Source: Neoconidiobolus thromboides FSU 785 (taxonomy: Eukaryota; Fungi; Entomophthoromycota). From it: 64,000 nucleotides of DNA. Location of the stretch: the NCBI GenBank assembly GCA_025603075.1, contig MU626359.1, positions 1 through 64,000 on the forward strand, written 5' to 3'. The notes below the pieces were generated by a model. It saw nothing but the letters and a program-made list of their open reading frames with translations. It ran no database searches and was not told where the DNA came from. Positions 62,918-64,000 of this stretch are shown here, piece after piece (the first letter of the stretch is position 1; each line of letters begins with the position of its first letter). Position numbers and translations under genes: made by a program.

Positions 62918-62960
62918 AAAGACATGTAAGATAAAAATTATTGAACTTTATTAAATAAAA

Positions 62961-63305
62961 ATGAAATGTATTACTATTACTTTTACTAGTATAGCGTCTC
63001 CTTTTAACTACCTTGGTTTAAGGGCTATTGGTGATTTTAAAGGATTATTACATATTCACGAGAGCTAGTCAACTGCTGATGATTATCAATTTGGGTAAAA
63101 AATGTCTCAAGCCAAGCTAAAGATAAAGAGAATTTTATTAAGATTATTAAATATTGTGACAACTTATTCTATGATCTTTTGTATGATGGTAAATATTCAA
63201 GCAAGGAACTTAATAGTGGATGGAGGCTGGTTTCCAGTAGATTCAAGGAAGCATTAGACGAACTTACTCCTAATTAAAAAAATAATAGTGTTGTTTTTTG
63301 AAAAT
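62961..63305 (+). pseudogene. Small secreted protein family member F (pseudogene, closest to E)
   Basis: MKCITITFTS...FKGLLHIHES*STADDYQFG*KMSQA...KYCDNLFYDLLYDGKYSSKELNS; deletions, stops, frameshift, 3' loss. Confidence 0.85.
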
Positions 63306-63430
63306 GTAACTGCAGGTTTAATGGGATTTCCATGATAGTTTAAAGTAGTATCATTACGATAAAAATTTATTTAAATTATATCGCTAATTTTTGTATATCA
63401 ATTTTATTTGAAATATTATAGCATAGTAAA

Positions 63431-63537
63431 ATGTGAAGATGTATTTTTGTGTTTAAGAATTTTACTAACAAATTTTCCACTTAAATAGCGCTTGAAAAAT
63501 GAAAACAATAATGAAACTAAAAAAAACACTCCCATGT
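63431..63537 (+). mobile_element. MITE copy 28
   Basis: Full core; flanked by direct repeat ATGT/ATGT. Confidence 0.85.
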
Positions 63538-63553
63538 AATACTTAATTAAAGC

Positions 63554-63661
63554 ATATGAGGGTGTATTTTTGTGTTTTTGAATTTTACTAATAATTTTTC
63601 CGCTCCAAATAGCGTTTAAAAGATGGAAAAAAAGTGATGAAGCTAAAAAACACCCCCATAT
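63554..63661 (+). mobile_element. MITE copy 29
   Basis: GAGGGTGT...ACACCCCC, ATAT/ATAT. Confidence 0.9.
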
Positions 63662-63720
63662 GTAAATACATTTTTGAGTTTAAGAGCTCTACATAAGGTA
63701 CATTTAATACCATTTAAATT

Positions 63721-63748
63721 GACAAAAAAAACAAAGACATCCCCATAT
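63721..63748 (+). mobile_element. MITE copy 30, right-end fragment
   Basis: CAAAAAAAACAAAGACATCCCC-ATAT only. Confidence 0.6.
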
Positions 63749-64000
63749 GTTTGTAGGAGAAATTAAACGGTTTTGTTAATTTTTATTTGAAATTTAAAAT
63801 CAAAAAATGTAAAAAATAGAATCTTGAGCTCAGATTAAACTATTTAAAAATAAGATAGAATTAAAACTACTCCTCTACAAATAAGTTAGCAATATATTAA
63901 TTACAAACTTAAGATTTGATTTGGTAAAACATCTGCTTTATTAACTAAACACTATTGGTTTGTTTATGACAATAAAAGTATAAAAGAGATAATAATAATA

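Noticed and set aside
39914-63305. Recurrent in-frame TAA/TAG at Gln positions as a sign of TAR-to-Gln genetic code reassignment
   Set aside because: PAB1 and the SPRY genes end in TAA/TAG, long exons have no in-frame TAR, and the affected genes also have frameshifts, TGA stops and lost start codons.
936-63748. The dispersed repeat as a CRISPR array, SINE or LTR
   Set aside because: Spacing is irregular with both orientations; no Pol III A/B boxes or poly(A) tail; no TG...CA ends; TIRs and target duplication indicate a DNA transposon derivative.

Overview
AT-rich eukaryotic DNA with short GT-AG introns and a fungal gene set; an early-diverging fungus such as an Entomophthorales/Zoopagomycota species is my inference, not established here. 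Recognisable genes: a Zn2Cys6 TF, three DUF4097-type membrane-anchored beta-solenoid proteins, a GH17 glucanase, four SSH4/EAR1-like SPRY-PPxY paralogs, a homeobox gene, a secreted S41 peptidase, PAB1, a C2H2 TF, a secreted repeat protein, multi-exon SCC2/NIPBL, NTH1, two identical tRNA-Trp(CCA) and one tRNA-Leu(AAG). The main unexplained structure is a ~98-bp element with terminal inverted repeats (GGGGATGT...ACATCCCC), present in about 31 full or partial copies (roughly one per 2 kb), all outside coding sequence. The window itself contains paralogous empty sites showing that it inserts and duplicates its target (ATAT, with ACAT and ATGT variants as direct repeats), so it is a MITE. Its 4-bp AYRT flanks and GRG ends do not fit the common Tc1/hAT/PIF/Mutator rules. 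It sits in the proximal promoters of four of the five broken members of a six-member small secreted protein family; the single intact member has the empty promoter. Copy coordinates were read by eye and may be off by a few bases. For MITE copies, strand + means the orientation reading GGGGATGTATTTTTG. No autonomous transposase was found in the window.
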